Shown piece by piece: positions 62,933 to 64,000 of a stretch of DNA of 64,000 bases. The first letter of the stretch is position 1. The number at the start of each line of letters is the position of its first letter. This DNA is from Klebsiella phage KPN8: the sequence record OP079919.1. One strand, given 5' to 3'. The notes under the pieces are model-generated. The model was not told the DNA's origin and searched no databases. It saw only the letters and a program-made list of their open reading frames with translations. Both the position numbers and the translations under genes were made by a program.

Positions 62933-64000
62933 TTAGGAGTTAGTGGTATCGAGATCTTGTTCGTTATACGCGGCAAGACTCATGTTCATCATGTACTTAC
63001 CTTTACGGAACCAGACGTTAGCGACGGCGTTCAACACCGCACGACTGCCGGCTCCGGTCTCGTTATAAGTACAGTCAACCCGAAGGTCTTTAAACATGGT
63101 GCCCATACGACGACGAATAGCTGCTTCAGATGTGTCTTTTACCGTTGCCGCGTAAGTCGTAGCGTCAATGGTCGTATCGCCGGACACCAGTGTCCACGCA
63201 TCGGCGACAATCTTCTCAATACAAACCGCAGTGAAGTTAGTGATCAGATCTTTCAGCACAGAATCGTTATCGTCATACACCGTTGGAAGCGCAGGACGGT
63301 AATACTGAGACGTGTTGTACGGACGAAGACTGATACCACCTTCATCGAAGTTATTCGCAGCAGCGTCATCGCCTTCGAAGTCCATGGTCGGAGAATGCAT
63401 CTGAGTGAGGATACGGTTATCACCATGATCCGGAGAATTCACCGAGCTCAGGTTACCACCGCTATTACCGCCAAGACGAGCGAAGAAGTAAGCCAGGTCC
63501 AGCGTTTGCGGGAATTCAAGGCCGGTGCTTTCGTCGATGATCTTAGCATCCCACAGGGAGATAGCCGCACGGGACGCCGGAGTGCCGTAAAGCGAAGATT
63601 CCGGATACAGACGAATCTTAGTCGCCAGAGACTGCATCATGGAATAACGCTGGGCGATGGTATTGTCTTCCAGCCATTCGGAAGCCTGCAGGATCAGAAT
63701 CTGATCTTTGCGGGTGTTCCAGAGCTCGATCAGCGCGTTCTTAATATCCAGGTTATAACCCACATCCCAGATAACAGATTGGCGGTTGCGCGTCCAATCG
63801 TTAACAGTGGACGATTGAGCATAAGCCTGAATATCAGCCAGATACAGAGACTGGGCTACAGTCCAAGCGTCTTTGATACTCAGCTGGTCAATATGGCCGT
63901 TGTTGGTCGCCGGGTCGAAGTTGTAAGTTCCTTCAACCGGAACCGGTGTAGTCCGATCCGCTTTCAGGAACGGAGAGATACCGCCAGCAGCGTCGATATA
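62933..64000 (-). CDS. major structural protein (capsid or sheath candidate), N-terminus beyond window end
   Basis: Minus-strand frame stays open from 62933 through 64000 (manually translated ...YIDAAGGISPFLKADRTTPVPVEGTYNFDPATNNGHIDQLSIKDAWTVAQSLYLADIQAYAQSSTVNDWTRNRQSVIWDVGYNLDIK...). Strongest codon bias in the window. Confidence 0.65.
   Translation of the reverse strand, partial: YIDAAGGISPFLKADRTTPVPVEGTYNFDPATNNGHIDQLSIKDAWTVAQSLYLADIQAYAQSSTVNDWTRNRQSVIWDVGYNLDIKNALIELWNTRKDQILILQASEWLEDNTIAQRYSMMQSLATKIRLYPESSLYGTPASRAAISLWDAKIIDESTGLEFPQTLDLAYFFARLGGNSGGNLSSVNSPDHGDNRILTQMHSPTMDFEGDDAAANNFDEGGISLRPYNTSQYYRPALPTVYDDNDSVLKDLITNFTAVCIEKIVADAWTLVSGDTTIDATTYAATVKDTSEAAIRRRMGTMFKDLRVDCTYNETGAGSRAVLNAVANVWFRKGKYMMNMSLAAYNEQDLDTTNS

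Noticed and set aside
1-64000. Search for tRNA, rRNA, CRISPR repeats, IS or transposase genes, integrase and attachment sites.
   Set aside because: Intergenic gaps are all under 135 nt, and none shows a cloverleaf-compatible GTTC...T-loop arrangement. No direct-repeat arrays, no DDE or tyrosine-recombinase motifs, and no inverted-repeat-bounded elements were seen. The HNH gene is a homing endonuclease, not a transposase.

Overview
This window looks like part of a phiKZ-like jumbo phage genome of a Gram-negative host. About 80 tightly packed protein genes are present, with frequent 1-4 nt overlaps and intrinsic terminator hairpins at module borders. No rRNA, tRNA, CRISPR array, IS element or transposase was recognised.

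The window falls into three blocks:
- 1-24.8 kb: almost entirely + strand, small early-type genes. Recognisable products are a DEDDh 3'-5' exonuclease, a calcineurin-like metallophosphoesterase, a BCS1-like membrane-anchored AAA+ ATPase, a pol-beta-superfamily nucleotidyltransferase, a thymidylate-synthase-family enzyme, a LysM protein, an XRE-type HTH protein, a GroEL-like chaperonin, a free-standing HNH homing endonuclease and thymidine kinase. Clusters of tiny membrane or secreted proteins and a small paralogous family also lie here.
- 24.9-39.7 kb: mixed-strand module bounded by bidirectional hairpins. It holds an SF2 helicase, an abundant acidic protein and mostly unrecognisable, probably virion or replication proteins.
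- 39.7-64 kb: virion and lysis block. It holds a 716-aa and a giant 2268-aa minus-strand virion protein carrying a GH19-type muramidase domain, split multisubunit RNA polymerase subunits (beta-prime N-terminal-like with a DFDGDQ motif, and beta-like), an SLT-type endolysin with two peptidoglycan-binding repeats, an HD-domain protein and codon-optimised major structural genes. The last structural gene runs off the 3' end of the window on the minus strand.

The most notable items are the phage-encoded BCS1-type AAA translocase-like ATPase, a possible nucleic-acid end-healing enzyme set, three recurring non-coding motif families (a 20-nt start-site element, a CTATATTACC promoter-like box, and sequence-related CTCCTAC terminator hairpins), and strong bimodality in codon usage.
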